A stretch of DNA of 54,408 nt from assembly GCA_023246005.1 (NCBI GenBank), contig JAHFJG010000008.1, forward strand, positions 1 through 54,408, written 5' to 3'. The position numbers were made by a program, and so were the translations under genes. A model generated the notes under the pieces. That model was not told the origin of the DNA and did no database searches. It saw nothing but the letters and a program-made list of their open reading frames with translations. Every line of letters starts with the position of its first letter. Position 1 is the first letter of the stretch. This DNA is from Candidatus Doudnabacteria bacterium. GTDB taxonomy: Bacteria; Patescibacteriota; Doudnabacteria; UBA920; O2-02-FULL-48-8. This document shows positions 38,400-48,860 of this stretch, piece by piece.

Positions 38400-39451
38400 A
38401 TAAATTCAGGTTCCGCAGTTACCCGCATTCCGGTTTTAGCCAAAATTTCTGCTTGAACCTGTTTGAATAATTCTAGCACATCCGCGGCTTTTGCATTACC
38501 CGTATTCACGATGACCACCGGTTGTTTTTCCCATAATTTCGCCTCACCAACTGCTTTACCTTTCAGTCCGCAAATATCGAGTAAAAAAGCTGTCGGAACT
38601 TTGATGCCATTTTTTTGGGGAAACTTATTTACAACTTGGATCAACCGGTCCACACCCTCTTGTCCAAAATTTTGTTTAGTGCAATACACGAGTGTATTAT
38701 ACTGCTCTTCTGTCAAAATAAAATTTTTAAAAAACGAGCCAACGGTGCCCATTTGTGTCAAATCCGGAAATTTATTTGCTCTGATCTGCTTTAATGCCGT
38801 GCGGATTTCATTCAAGGAAACCATGGCTTTATCTCGGCCGGCAAAATATTTTTTTAAATCCACATAAGTTAAATTGGGACTTGGAATTTTACTTAAACGA
38901 AAGTAAACACTCAAAATAACGTATTTATTTTTCCATTCTTGGTTTAGCTTGCTAGTACGGTAATTGAAATCAAGTTCTGTTTTTGTAAACTCTTTAACTT
39001 TTTGACTATTCAAACCTAAAACTTCAATCTTCTCAACAACATCACTGGCCTCCTGTCCATAACAACCAACATTTTGTACCGGCACGGCACCGGTTTTTCC
39101 GGGCACATGTGACAAATTTTCAATACCCCAAAAATTATTTTTTTCAGCGAACGCAACAACGTCATCCCAAATTTCACCGGCGGCTACCTTAAGCATCACA
39201 GAATCTTTGTCTTCAGAAACTTTTTCAATTCCCTTGAAATTAATTTGAATGACCAAGCCGACAAACCCCTGGTCTGAAATTAATACATTGCTCCCACCCC
39301 CCAATACCAAAACCGATAAGTTTTTCTGCTGGGCAAAATCAAGCGCTTCTTTCAATTCATTCAAGTTCGCCACATGCGCATAAAATGAAGCTGGTCCGCC
39401 AATGCGGAAAGTGGTGAGTTCTGATAGTGGATAATTAGTTTGGAAGTCCAT
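38396..39451 (-). CDS. murB: UDP-N-acetylenolpyruvoylglucosamine reductase
   Basis: It has an FAD-binding domain (TTFRIGGPA, VLGGGSNVL). ATG 39451 is preferred to TTG 39472. Confidence 0.9.
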   Translation of the reverse strand: MDFQTNYPLSELTTFRIGGPASFYAHVANLNELKEALDFAQQKNLSVLVLGGGSNVLISDQGFVGLVIQINFKGIEKVSEDKDSVMLKVAAGEIWDDVVAFAEKNNFWGIENLSHVPGKTGAVPVQNVGCYGQEASDVVEKIEVLGLNSQKVKEFTKTELDFNYRTSKLNQEWKNKYVILSVYFRLSKIPSPNLTYVDLKKYFAGRDKAMVSLNEIRTALKQIRANKFPDLTQMGTVGSFFKNFILTEEQYNTLVYCTKQNFGQEGVDRLIQVVNKFPQKNGIKVPTAFLLDICGLKGKAVGEAKLWEKQPVVIVNTGNAKAADVLELFKQVQAEILAKTGMRVTAEPEFI

Positions 39452-39524
39452 ATAACTTAAGCATTTTAGCAAAAAATATGACTCTTGAAAATGGCATAAT
39501 TATAAGCTAAACTAAGTGTTAGTC

Positions 39525-40496
39525 ATGACTTTAAAACTTCGATTTTCACTCATTGGGTTTGGGATAATTTTATTCCTTATTGTGACCCCGATTTTAGTGC
39601 TCTACGCTCGGGGTTTTATGATTGACTTTAATACACGTCAAATCGTCAAAACCGGCGCCATGGTCATTAAAACCGACCCTGCCAAAGCCGCAGTTTACTT
39701 AAACGGCAAACAACAGCAGTCTTTGACACCGACAAATATTCGCTTTATGACTCCAGCAGATTACGACGTTCGGATCGAAAAAGCTGGCTTTCAAACCTGG
39801 ACCAAACGCTTAAATGTCCGCCAACAGTTTGTGACTTGGATTAATTTAAATCGCGAAGCTATAACGTTATTTTTAAAAGATCCGAAACTCGAACAAACTT
39901 GGATTACGAACAATGCCAAACCTTACACTGATGTAGAAGTTGCAAAGATAATAAATATTCAACAGCCGGTTCCAATGCCGATTGATTCTTGGTTTCTGGA
40001 AAATAATCAGCTAAAATACAAAAAAACCGATACAGATAATCCGCAAATCATCGCTGATAATATCCCTCCATTTACGAAAAGCCAAATTATTCGCGCGGAA
40101 AACCAAATTCACTTGATTTTAGACGATGCTTTGTACGCAGTTAACAACGGTTTGGAAAAAATTTATTCCCCAGTTCTCGCTGCGGCTTGGGATCCGGCTT
40201 CCAAACAATTGATTTTTGGCAACAATAATGAGATTTTAATTTATAATCCAAGCACGAAAAATACTGATCTGATTTTACGCAGTTCAAGCCAAATTAGTCA
40301 TCCCATGCTTAACTCCGAAACTGGCTATGTATTTTTTACCGCTGATAATAAAATAAAAGCTATTGAACTTGATAGCCGCGATAAAAAAAATATTTTCGAC
40401 TTAGTCGCGGATTTAGGAAATTTTACAATTTCAACAGATGGCAGAACATTGTATACTTTTAATAACACCAAAATCAATAAGTACACTATAAGGTAG
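39525..40496 (+). CDS. PEGA-domain membrane-anchored protein
   Basis: It has an N-terminal TM helix, a PEGA-like module (AAVYLNGKQQ..TPTNI..PADYDVRIEKAGFQTW) and a beta-rich C-terminus. Confidence 0.65.
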   Translation: MTLKLRFSLIGFGIILFLIVTPILVLYARGFMIDFNTRQIVKTGAMVIKTDPAKAAVYLNGKQQQSLTPTNIRFMTPADYDVRIEKAGFQTWTKRLNVRQQFVTWINLNREAITLFLKDPKLEQTWITNNAKPYTDVEVAKIINIQQPVPMPIDSWFLENNQLKYKKTDTDNPQIIADNIPPFTKSQIIRAENQIHLILDDALYAVNNGLEKIYSPVLAAAWDPASKQLIFGNNNEILIYNPSTKNTDLILRSSSQISHPMLNSETGYVFFTADNKIKAIELDSRDKKNIFDLVADLGNFTISTDGRTLYTFNNTKINKYTIR

Positions 40497-40502
40497 TAGC
40501 GC

Positions 40503-40913
40503 CTAAAATCCGCCATTATCAAGCGCTTCGTTGACTAGTTGATCGGCTAGTTTATTTTTTTCTCTGCGTACATGTTTGAATTCAACTTGATTAAACCTGC
40601 CAGTTAACTTTAAAACTTCTTCTGCCAAAGGCTTAAGATGCGATTCTCGAATCTTATATTTGCCTTGTAATTGTCTAACGACCAACTCCGAATCCAGATG
40701 GCAAACTACTTTTAAAGCTCCGAGTTTAATTGCGGCTTCCAAAGCAGCAACCAAAGCTTTATATTCAGCCTGATTATTCGTCGTGACACCCAAATAGTGC
40801 CCATATTTTTTGATTAATTTTAAGCCCTCGTCATAAATTACAAAGCCAATCGCCGCAGGCCCTGGGTTGCCTCTGGCCCCGCCATCAGTGTAAATGACAA
40901 ATTTGTCAGTCAT
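40503..40913 (-). CDS. rnhA: Ribonuclease HI-family protein
   Basis: It has the motifs YTDGGARGNPGPAA, NNQAEYKAL and LDSELVVRQ (a DEDD-type core). Confidence 0.85.
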   Translation of the reverse strand: MTDKFVIYTDGGARGNPGPAAIGFVIYDEGLKLIKKYGHYLGVTTNNQAEYKALVAALEAAIKLGALKVVCHLDSELVVRQLQGKYKIRESHLKPLAEEVLKLTGRFNQVEFKHVRREKNKLADQLVNEALDNGGF

Positions 40914-42582
40914 AAAATTTTGTATCTAAAATTTTTAATTGCATGCTTTTGTTGCCATTCCATTCATTGCTGCCTAGCTCAAACACGGCATCCAGTCGCT
41001 GGCCAGGATTTAAACTTTCCTGCAAGAAAGATTGGCCAAATGCCATAGCTTCTAACAGATGCTCGCCAAATTTAACTCGCATTTTTAAATGCTGGCTAGT
41101 GCTCCCCACCAGTCGAAAATCAAACACCTCAAGCCCTCTACCCACAAATTTAGGTTTAGGATTGCCAATGCCGAACGGGCCTAAGCTGTCTAGAAAATTA
41201 ATATTTTCCCAAGTTACGTCCGAAGGCTGCAACTCGGCATCAATCTCCAATACCGGATCATTGATTGTCAAATTCAAATTTTCCGCATAATCCAAAAGTT
41301 TCTGATAAAAATTCATAATATTTTCGCTCGCTAAAGTAAACCCGGCGGCTTGCGTGTGCCCGCCGTATTTATGCAAAAAATCTTTAGCAAAATTTAGCGC
41401 TGCGACTATATCAAAATCTGCGACAGATCTCGCTGATCCGACAGCCAGGCCTTCAGCAGTACTCAAAGCCAGCACAGGCCGATTATATTCTTCTGCAAGC
41501 CTGCCGGCAACCAAGCCAACAACACCCTTGGGCCAATCGCTGCCGTGAGCTAATAAAACTTTTTTATCCGAAATTAATTCGATTTGAGACCGAGCTTCGC
41601 TTGTAATTTGTTCCGTCAGCATCTGGCGATGTTTGTTGAGTCCATTTAATTCTAAAGCCAAAGATTGGGCTTGTTGCGGATCCTCACTAATCAATAAACG
41701 AAATGCGATGTCTGCATGCTTGATCCGGCCAGCCGCGTTAATCCTGGGCGCTAAGATAAAGCCTAAAGTAAAAGTATCGAATTTATTTGACTTCAAAGCG
41801 GCTGTGGCTAACAAAGCTCTAAGTCCAATCCAACGGGTTTTGGCTAGAACTTTCAGCCCAAAACTGACTAAAATTCGATTCTCGCCTGCCAAACTCTGAC
41901 AATCTGCCACAGTACCTAGGGCCACCAAGTCTAATAACCACTTTTCGTAGCCAGAGCCAGTTTTAGAAAATAAGCCTTGCGCAAGCTTAAACGCCACTCC
42001 AACGCCGGTAAGATAAGCGAACGGGTATTCATCTTGAGGATTTTTTGGGTTAACAACTGCAAATGCCCTTGGCAGCGGGCCAGTCAGTTCGTGATGGTCA
42101 GTTATGATCAAATCCACTCCCAACGCTTTGCAAAGATTCGCTTCTTCAATCGCATTCGTGCCGCAATCAACTGTGATAATCAAACGAGTGCCGTCTGCTG
42201 CAATTTTCTTTACTGCATCTTCGTTCATGCCATAACCTTCGGAAAACCTGTCAGGAATATAATATGAAACCTGCGCCTCTAATTTTTTTAAAGCCAAAAA
42301 TAATACGCTGCAAGCCGTGATTGCGTCTGCATCATAATCAGCATAGATCGTAATTTTTTCTTTTTTGTCAATCGCTTGAAATACCCGTTCAATTGCTTTT
42401 TGCATATCCTTAAATAGAAACGGATCATGCAATTTGGCAAAATCTGGATCAAGAAAATCCCGAATGCTCTCGGTTTCCGTGATCCCGCGCAAAGCCAAAA
42501 GCCTGACAATCAATGCTGGATATTCCGGCAGACTGGGTAAATCTTTGGTTTCTATTTGCTTAACAATCCACCGTTTCTTCAT
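40906..42582 (-). CDS. recJ: Single-stranded-DNA-specific exonuclease RecJ
   Basis: It has DHH motifs (YADYDADAIT, DCG, ITDHH) and a DHHA1 domain (GGHTQAAG). Confidence 0.92.
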   Translation of the reverse strand: MKKRWIVKQIETKDLPSLPEYPALIVRLLALRGITETESIRDFLDPDFAKLHDPFLFKDMQKAIERVFQAIDKKEKITIYADYDADAITACSVLFLALKKLEAQVSYYIPDRFSEGYGMNEDAVKKIAADGTRLIITVDCGTNAIEEANLCKALGVDLIITDHHELTGPLPRAFAVVNPKNPQDEYPFAYLTGVGVAFKLAQGLFSKTGSGYEKWLLDLVALGTVADCQSLAGENRILVSFGLKVLAKTRWIGLRALLATAALKSNKFDTFTLGFILAPRINAAGRIKHADIAFRLLISEDPQQAQSLALELNGLNKHRQMLTEQITSEARSQIELISDKKVLLAHGSDWPKGVVGLVAGRLAEEYNRPVLALSTAEGLAVGSARSVADFDIVAALNFAKDFLHKYGGHTQAAGFTLASENIMNFYQKLLDYAENLNLTINDPVLEIDAELQPSDVTWENINFLDSLGPFGIGNPKPKFVGRGLEVFDFRLVGSTSQHLKMRVKFGEHLLEAMAFGQSFLQESLNPGQRLDAVFELGSNEWNGNKSMQLKILDTKFYD

Positions 42583-42600
42583 AAAAACATTTTAGCATAT

Positions 42601-42624
42601 TTTAAAACCTCGGTTTCCCGAGGC
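42601..42624 (-). terminator. Intrinsic terminator after the response-regulator gene
   Basis: On the minus strand CCUCGG-GAAA-CCGAGG is followed by UUUUAAAA. Confidence 0.6.
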
Positions 42625-43062
42625 TTAAAGCATAATTGCTGCAGGACGATCATCGTCTTCGGGTTCGATTTTAGAACTATACTGGATTTCAACTGGAATC
42701 AATATATCTCTAACTGTTTTTAAAATATCAATTGGGCCGTCAAAACCCTTGACCATAAATCGAACCGACAATTCTCCGGCTTTCTTGCGATCCTCGGGTT
42801 TGCCTAAATGTGAAAAAATAATTATCGGAATAGTTACAGTCGAAGGGTTGCTGCGAATTTTATCAATCAATTCAAATCCGGTCATCCGTGGCATCAAAAT
42901 TCCACTGAATACCAAATCCGGCTTATCGTGCTGAATTTTTTCCCATGCGTCCTGGCCGTCATCCGCAACAGTCACATCAAATCCGGCGGAGTTAAAAACA
43001 TCGCGGTACAATTCGCGTTGAGAAAAATCATCATCAACAACCAGTATTTTTTTGCTCATCAT
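42625..43062 (-). CDS. Stand-alone response-regulator receiver domain
   Basis: It has a CheY-like fold (ILVVDDD, phospho-acceptor context DLVFSGILMP, K in FMVKG). There is no output domain and no kinase in the window. Confidence 0.8.
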   Translation of the reverse strand: MMSKKILVVDDDFSQRELYRDVFNSAGFDVTVADDGQDAWEKIQHDKPDLVFSGILMPRMTGFELIDKIRSNPSTVTIPIIIFSHLGKPEDRKKAGELSVRFMVKGFDGPIDILKTVRDILIPVEIQYSSKIEPEDDDRPAAIML

Positions 43063-44666
43063 TCTGTTTGTTTAATCAATTGCGACATTAGGCTTAATCC
43101 AGTCATTTCTGCAGGCTTATCAATACCTAACAATTCTAACAACGTAGGCGCAACATCTGAAAGAAGGCCCACTGGCACGACTCCTGCAAGAGAAGCAATT
43201 CCCATTGTTCTGGGATGCTTGCGCTTAAATTGATTGGCGACCAAAATCAAAGGCACTGGATTAGTCGAGTGTTTCTTATCAATACTGCTCGAATTGGTAT
43301 TGATCAATTCTTCAATATTTCCGTGATCAGCCGTAATCACTAAACATATATTTTGAGCCAGGCATTCCTCGGCAATTTTCTTTATACATTCATCAACTAC
43401 TTTTATGGCTTCAATCGAAGCGCTCATATCACCGGTATGTCCGACCATATCAGGGTTGGCAAAATTTACCAAAAAAAACGAGTAGCTTTCTTTAAGCTTT
43501 GATAAAAGCGCGTCAGTAACTTTATAAGCTGACATTTCCGGTATATCCACATAATTTTGGTAATTAGAAGCCGGAGACGTGACAATCTGACGGTCCTCGC
43601 CGGAAAAAGGATTAATAACGCCGCCGTTGAAAAAAACCGAGACGTGCGCGTATTTTTCCGATTCAGCCAAATGAAATTGGCGCATGCCTTGTTTGCTGAT
43701 CATTTCTGTCACGCCATTCGTCACTTCCTGGGGCGGAAACGCCACTTTCACAGGCAAACCGTTGGCAAATTCAGTCATGGTCACGACTAAAAAATTTTTA
43801 AACTGTTTGGCGGGTTTGACAAATTTGTTAAAATTCGGCTCAACCAAAGCGCGCGTTATCTGAAGCGCTCTATCAGAACGAAAATTAAAATGGACAACAG
43901 CATCGTTATCATTAATCAAGGCAACCCTGCCGTCTTCTTGCGTTATGACTGTTGGCGGAATCATTTCATCGAAAATATGTTGGGCATAATTCTCTTCGAT
44001 CGCAACTTCAGCAGAAGCAGCCTGCTTGCCTTCGCCAAATACCATAGCGCGATACGCTTGTTCCGTCAGGTTCCAATGTTCAGCACGATCCATGGCATAG
44101 AATCTGCCTGCAATAGTCGCGATTTTCCCGACATTGAAGCTTTTAATTTTTTTGGACAATTTATCCAGGCTATCCAAAGCAATTTGCGGCGGCGTATCGC
44201 GCCCATCTAAAAACATGTGAATATAAACCTTTGGCAAATCATGTTCTGCGGCCAACCCTAATAAGGCGTACAAATGTTCGTCATAACTATGCACCCCGCC
44301 CGGACTGATTAAGCCTATCAAGTGCAGCGTTGAATTATTCTTTTTGACGTGTTCGATAGCTTCCAAAAAAACTGGATTTTTAAAAAAACTTCGATCTTCA
44401 ATGGCAAGGGTAATGCGGGACAAATCCTGACCAACAATCCGCCCAGCGCCCAAATTCAGATGCCCGACTTCGGAATTGCCCATCTCCCCCCAAGGCAGAC
44501 CTACTGACGGGCCGGAAGCCTGAAGAGTCGTGGCTGGAAAATTTTCAATCAAATTATCAAAAGTCGCGGGTTCGGCCAATGTAATCGCATTGCCGCGGGA
44601 AGCTGAAGCGATCCCAAAGCCATCAAGCACAACTAGAACTAATTTTTTATAAGGTTTGATTTCCAT
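43059..44666 (-). CDS. gpmI: 2,3-bisphosphoglycerate-independent phosphoglycerate mutase
   Basis: The 535-aa product has the motifs VLDGFG, MGNSEVGHLN and ADHGN. Confidence 0.93.
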   Translation of the reverse strand: MEIKPYKKLVLVVLDGFGIASASRGNAITLAEPATFDNLIENFPATTLQASGPSVGLPWGEMGNSEVGHLNLGAGRIVGQDLSRITLAIEDRSFFKNPVFLEAIEHVKKNNSTLHLIGLISPGGVHSYDEHLYALLGLAAEHDLPKVYIHMFLDGRDTPPQIALDSLDKLSKKIKSFNVGKIATIAGRFYAMDRAEHWNLTEQAYRAMVFGEGKQAASAEVAIEENYAQHIFDEMIPPTVITQEDGRVALINDNDAVVHFNFRSDRALQITRALVEPNFNKFVKPAKQFKNFLVVTMTEFANGLPVKVAFPPQEVTNGVTEMISKQGMRQFHLAESEKYAHVSVFFNGGVINPFSGEDRQIVTSPASNYQNYVDIPEMSAYKVTDALLSKLKESYSFFLVNFANPDMVGHTGDMSASIEAIKVVDECIKKIAEECLAQNICLVITADHGNIEELINTNSSSIDKKHSTNPVPLILVANQFKRKHPRTMGIASLAGVVPVGLLSDVAPTLLELLGIDKPAEMTGLSLMSQLIKQTE

Positions 44667-44671
44667 TTAAT

Positions 44672-45901
44672 TTATTTTTCTTCCAAGGCCTTAATTGCCG
44701 GCAACTTGGTTCCTGCTAAAAATTCTAACATGGCCCCGCCGCCCATGGAAACGTGATCGATATATTCTGCGACTTTTGCCTGATCCACAACTTCGATAGT
44801 TTCTCCTCCGCCAATCACGCCGAACGCCGAGCCTTTAGAGCGTGTAGCAAAAATATGGGCAATACTTTTGCTCCCAAAAGCGTATCTGGGCTTTTCAATT
44901 AAACCAAAAGGTCCGTTCCAAACCAAAGTTTTACCCTCCCGGATAATTTTTGAAAATTTTCGAATGCTTTCCGGGCCAATATCTAAAATTAAATCATTAG
45001 GCATAACTTTATCCACGGCCACTAAACGTGGTTTTGATTCCAAATCACCAGCCACAACCACATCAATAGGCAAAATTATTTTATCCTTATACTGTCGCAA
45101 TAAATCTTTGGCCAATATCACATCTGTGACTTTTGATTTGCCAATTTCGTAACCTTTGGCCTTCAAAAAAGCGTTGGCTGTGGCTCCGCCGATCAATACA
45201 GCCTGCGCATATTTGGCTAAATTAGCAATAGTCGGAACTTTATCCGCAATTTTAGCCCCGCCAATCAGAACTATCAAAGGCGGCCTTGGATTTTTGATAA
45301 TTTTATTCAGAGACTGGATTTCTTTCAAAAAATCCACTCCGGCATAATGCGGCAATTTTGCAGCCAAACCAAAAGTTGATGATTCTTTTCTGTGAGCTGC
45401 AGAAAAAGCGTCATTGACATAAACATCACCAAAACCGGCAAGCAAATTGATAAACTTGGTTTCATTTGCCTCTTCACCTTTATAGAAACGCAAATTCTCC
45501 AAAAATAAAATACTTCCCGGTTCCACTGTTTGACTTAATCTTGAATAATCGCGCTTCGTAATGTCGCTGGTCAAAAAATTAACATGAGCCACAGCATAAT
45601 CAGGAAGCTTGTCTGAAACCTTGGTCACTGAATAATCAATCAGTTCGCCTAACTTTTCTGCCACTGGCCAGAGACTTTTTTCCGTTTGCCAGCCTTCTGG
45701 CCGGCCAAGATGAGCCATGATTATAATTTTAGCTTTTTGTTCAATCAAATAATTCAAAGTCGGCAAAATGTCTCTGATTCTGGTATCATCCGCAACTTGC
45801 CATTGCTCTGTTTGGATATTTTTTTCCAAAGGCACGTCAAAACCAGCGCGGATGATCACCCGCCGGCCAGTGACCTTTACTGATGTAATAGATTTGATCA
45901 T
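44672..45901 (-). CDS. pgk: Phosphoglycerate kinase
   Basis: It has canonical PGK motifs (RAGFDVP, AHLGRP, GGGETI, GGGAMLEFL). Confidence 0.95.
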   Translation of the reverse strand: MIKSITSVKVTGRRVIIRAGFDVPLEKNIQTEQWQVADDTRIRDILPTLNYLIEQKAKIIIMAHLGRPEGWQTEKSLWPVAEKLGELIDYSVTKVSDKLPDYAVAHVNFLTSDITKRDYSRLSQTVEPGSILFLENLRFYKGEEANETKFINLLAGFGDVYVNDAFSAAHRKESSTFGLAAKLPHYAGVDFLKEIQSLNKIIKNPRPPLIVLIGGAKIADKVPTIANLAKYAQAVLIGGATANAFLKAKGYEIGKSKVTDVILAKDLLRQYKDKIILPIDVVVAGDLESKPRLVAVDKVMPNDLILDIGPESIRKFSKIIREGKTLVWNGPFGLIEKPRYAFGSKSIAHIFATRSKGSAFGVIGGGETIEVVDQAKVAEYIDHVSMGGGAMLEFLAGTKLPAIKALEEK

Positions 45902-46956
45902 TCCTTCCCTATCAATATCGCTTGCTCGACTAATCGATTCGAGTATCCAAATTCGTTATCATACCAGGCCACGACTTTGACCATGTCCCCGTCCAGAACT
46001 TGGGTCAGAGATAAATCCACGATTGCCGAATGCGGATTGCCTATTATATCAGTCGAGACAATTGGGTCAGTCGTGACTTCCAAAACATTTTCCCACATCG
46101 GATTCTTGGCATATTCCATGAAGGCACTGTTGATTTCTGCAACCGTAGTTTTTTTATTTAAAATCAAAGTAAAATCCGACAGTGAGCCAACTGGAGTCGG
46201 CACGCGGTATGCCATGCCAGCCAGTAAACCCTTCATCTCTGGGATTGCTTCTGTAGTGGCGATCGTGGCTCCGGTGCTGGTCGGGATAATGTTTATCGCA
46301 GCCGCTCTAGCCCTGCGCAAATCGTCCGGCTTGCTGCCCGGCGGCGGGCCGTCAACCAAATTCTGTTCCGCTGTATATGAATGAATCGTGGACATCATCA
46401 TTTTTTTAACGCCGAATTTGGCATGCAACACCGCGATCACGGGTGTAATACAGTTAGTCGTACAAGAAGCGTTGGAAATTATTTTCTCATTCTTATATTT
46501 TTCATGATTCACGCCAATTATAAATGTCGGGGTCACACCCTCGTCATTCGCAGGCGCTGAAATAATCACTTTCTTGGCCCCAGCCCTAAGGTGCGCCTTG
46601 GCGGCTTCAGTGGTGATAAACCGGCCTGTGGATTCCAAAACCACATCTACGCTCAAATCTTTCCATGGCAGCAGGCTCGGATCTTTTTGCGCGAAAATCG
46701 GAAACCGCCTGCCATCCACGATTATGCTTCCAACCGAATAAGTCGTGGAGTTGGCTTTTTCTTTTTTATCATCGCTAGAAACTTTCCCGCCATATGGCCG
46801 GTATAATGAATCGTATCGCAAAAGGTGAGTCAAAACCTTTGGCTCTGTTAAATCATTAATCGCCACAATCTCAAGTTCTGGCTTGGTTTGCGCGATTTTA
46901 AAAGCATGCCGGCCAATCCGGCCAAAGCCATTGATTGCGACTTTTATTTTCACCAT
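45898..46956 (-). CDS. gap: Glyceraldehyde-3-phosphate dehydrogenase
   Basis: It has the motifs INGFGRIGR and SNASCTTNC. Confidence 0.95.
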   Translation of the reverse strand: MVKIKVAINGFGRIGRHAFKIAQTKPELEIVAINDLTEPKVLTHLLRYDSLYRPYGGKVSSDDKKEKANSTTYSVGSIIVDGRRFPIFAQKDPSLLPWKDLSVDVVLESTGRFITTEAAKAHLRAGAKKVIISAPANDEGVTPTFIIGVNHEKYKNEKIISNASCTTNCITPVIAVLHAKFGVKKMMMSTIHSYTAEQNLVDGPPPGSKPDDLRRARAAAINIIPTSTGATIATTEAIPEMKGLLAGMAYRVPTPVGSLSDFTLILNKKTTVAEINSAFMEYAKNPMWENVLEVTTDPIVSTDIIGNPHSAIVDLSLTQVLDGDMVKVVAWYDNEFGYSNRLVEQAILIGKE

Positions 46957-46960
46957 AAAT

Positions 46961-47107
46961 TTATTTAATGCTTAATAGAAAAACTGAAACAAACATGGCC
47001 CACACCAAAAAAATGATGTATTCGTCATTATTCCTGAATTCCAGATTCTTGCTTAAACTTTTTTCCCAATTGATTTCTTTTTGGAACCAATTTTTTTTCT
47101 TTGCCAT
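46961..47107 (-). CDS. Possible 48-aa membrane micro-protein (below the ORF-track cutoff)
   Basis: It runs from ATG 47107 to TAA 46961 and encodes MAKKKNWFQKEINWEKSLSKNLEFRNNDEYIIFLVWAMFVSVFLLSIK. It fills the fba-gap spacer on the same strand. Confidence 0.35.
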   Translation of the reverse strand: MAKKKNWFQKEINWEKSLSKNLEFRNNDEYIIFLVWAMFVSVFLLSIK

Positions 47108-47120
47108 ATTTTTTTAATTT

Positions 47121-48020
47121 TTAATTATTTTTAAATCTTTTTGCATGCCCGCTCGTCTTCATCAGCTTCAATTTTCTTTCCGCCATAGCCTGTAGCGCAT
47201 CAGTGGCTGGCCGGAATAATTTACGCGGATCATAAATTTGGGGATTTTTTTTAATATTTGTCCGAAGAGCTTTATTAAACGCCACCCGCAGATCTGTATC
47301 AATATTAAACACTGCTACTCCGTATTTAATTGCTGCCCGAATCTGATTATCCGGCACGCCTGATGCGCCATGCATGACCAGGGGAATCTTGACTTTTAGC
47401 CGAATCTGTCTCACTCGCTCAATATCGACATGCTCTTTCAGCGTTGATAGTATTTTTTTAATCCGCGGATCCACCGGAATGCCGTGGACAGAACCAACTG
47501 CAATCGCCAGCGTATCAATTCTGGTGTCAGCCACAAACTCCGCGGCTTGAATAGGATCAGTCATCAAATCATCTCCTGACTTCACGTTTTGCCAATCTTC
47601 ATTGCCCAGGATTCGTCCGAGTTCTGCCTGGACCCAGACTCCTTGCTTATGCGCATATGACACAACCTGTTTAGTCAGCTTCAGATTTTCTTTATAAGGC
47701 AGATGCGAGGCGTCAACCATGATGGATGAATAGCCGAGGTTGATTAATTTTTTAATCAAAACAAAATCATGACAATGATCTTGATGCAAAGCAATTGGAA
47801 CTGAAGCCTGGCGGGCTTCGACTTTAATAATGCCAATCAACTCTTCAATTCCCGCGTATTCCAGAGCGCCGACCGAGGTTTGGATGATCACAGGCGCTTT
47901 TTGTTTTTCCGCCGCCCTGACGATCCCTTGTGTCATTTCCAAATCAGATGTGTTAAAGGCCGGTACCGCATACTTGCCAAGCATTTTTTTGTGAATAATT
48001 CGGCCGATGTGTACTAGCAT
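47121..48020 (-). CDS. fba: Class II fructose-bisphosphate aldolase
   Basis: It has class II aldolase motifs (ALHQDH, AELG, GSVHG, MHGASG). Confidence 0.9.
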   Translation of the reverse strand: MLVHIGRIIHKKMLGKYAVPAFNTSDLEMTQGIVRAAEKQKAPVIIQTSVGALEYAGIEELIGIIKVEARQASVPIALHQDHCHDFVLIKKLINLGYSSIMVDASHLPYKENLKLTKQVVSYAHKQGVWVQAELGRILGNEDWQNVKSGDDLMTDPIQAAEFVADTRIDTLAIAVGSVHGIPVDPRIKKILSTLKEHVDIERVRQIRLKVKIPLVMHGASGVPDNQIRAAIKYGVAVFNIDTDLRVAFNKALRTNIKKNPQIYDPRKLFRPATDALQAMAERKLKLMKTSGHAKRFKNN

Positions 48021-48229
48021 TAAAACTTAGCTCCTGCCTTCAGAACGTCCCAGAGGTTAGGCAATTGGGCTTTATTATTTTTGGCATTGCACATGGCATA
48101 AGCTATATGGTAAGTGCAATTCCAGCCTTTTTCCTGGGTGACTCTTTTAATCCCGCGCCAGTATAAAAATAGTAATGCTACAATTGCTAGCAAGATAAGT
48201 TTGGTTCTAATTTTTTTCTTAATATACAT
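48020..48229 (-). CDS. Hypothetical small membrane-anchored protein
   Basis: The 69-aa product has one TM helix. Its start and stop abut the flanking genes. Confidence 0.4.
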   Translation of the reverse strand: MYIKKKIRTKLILLAIVALLFLYWRGIKRVTQEKGWNCTYHIAYAMCNAKNNKAQLPNLWDVLKAGAKF

Positions 48230-48860
48230 ATTTGAAGATTTTTAACATATTGCCAAGCTTATTCCAAACATCTTTGTCATTAACTTGTGTGATTGTTACA
48301 TTCGGAGACTTTCCAAAATTAGCTGTATGAAAGTTCAAATTGATTTCATAACAAATATTATTATGCATAATCCGATAAGTCTTGCTTTCATAATAATTGC
48401 CTGCTTTGCGAGCCATATAATCAATCGTATAATAAGTGAGGCTGTTGATTATTTCATCATGAGGTTTTGACAATTTCTGAACTTTAATAGTAAAGGTCTT
48501 GCATTTGGCTTCAGTAATGTTCTTGGCCGCATCAATAAATACATACGCCTCGACAAAATTGCTATTGGGATAAAGACTTTGAGGCAAATCAATGCTTGCA
48601 ATTAGGTTTGCGTTAGCCTCAAATCCGTATGGGTCCAATCCAATTTCAAACTTATCTTGATAGTTGGTGGCTAAAATATAATTTACAGGGTACTGGATTT
48701 CAAATCCGTATGCCTTATTGGTGTAAACTTTGACGCCTGTTTGACTGTCTAAAATTTGTAAATTAGAAATATTGTTGTTTATTTTTTGATAATAAACCAA
48801 ACTGACTACTGCAGCAAAGGCTAAAAATATAAAAATATATCCAAGCATTTTTTGTTTCAT
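48219..48860 (-). CDS. Hypothetical secreted/anchored protein
   Basis: It has an N-terminal TM/signal segment (LGYIFIFLAFAAVVSLVYY). No family was recognised. Confidence 0.5.
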   Translation of the reverse strand: MKQKMLGYIFIFLAFAAVVSLVYYQKINNNISNLQILDSQTGVKVYTNKAYGFEIQYPVNYILATNYQDKFEIGLDPYGFEANANLIASIDLPQSLYPNSNFVEAYVFIDAAKNITEAKCKTFTIKVQKLSKPHDEIINSLTYYTIDYMARKAGNYYESKTYRIMHNNICYEINLNFHTANFGKSPNVTITQVNDKDVWNKLGNMLKIFKYVY

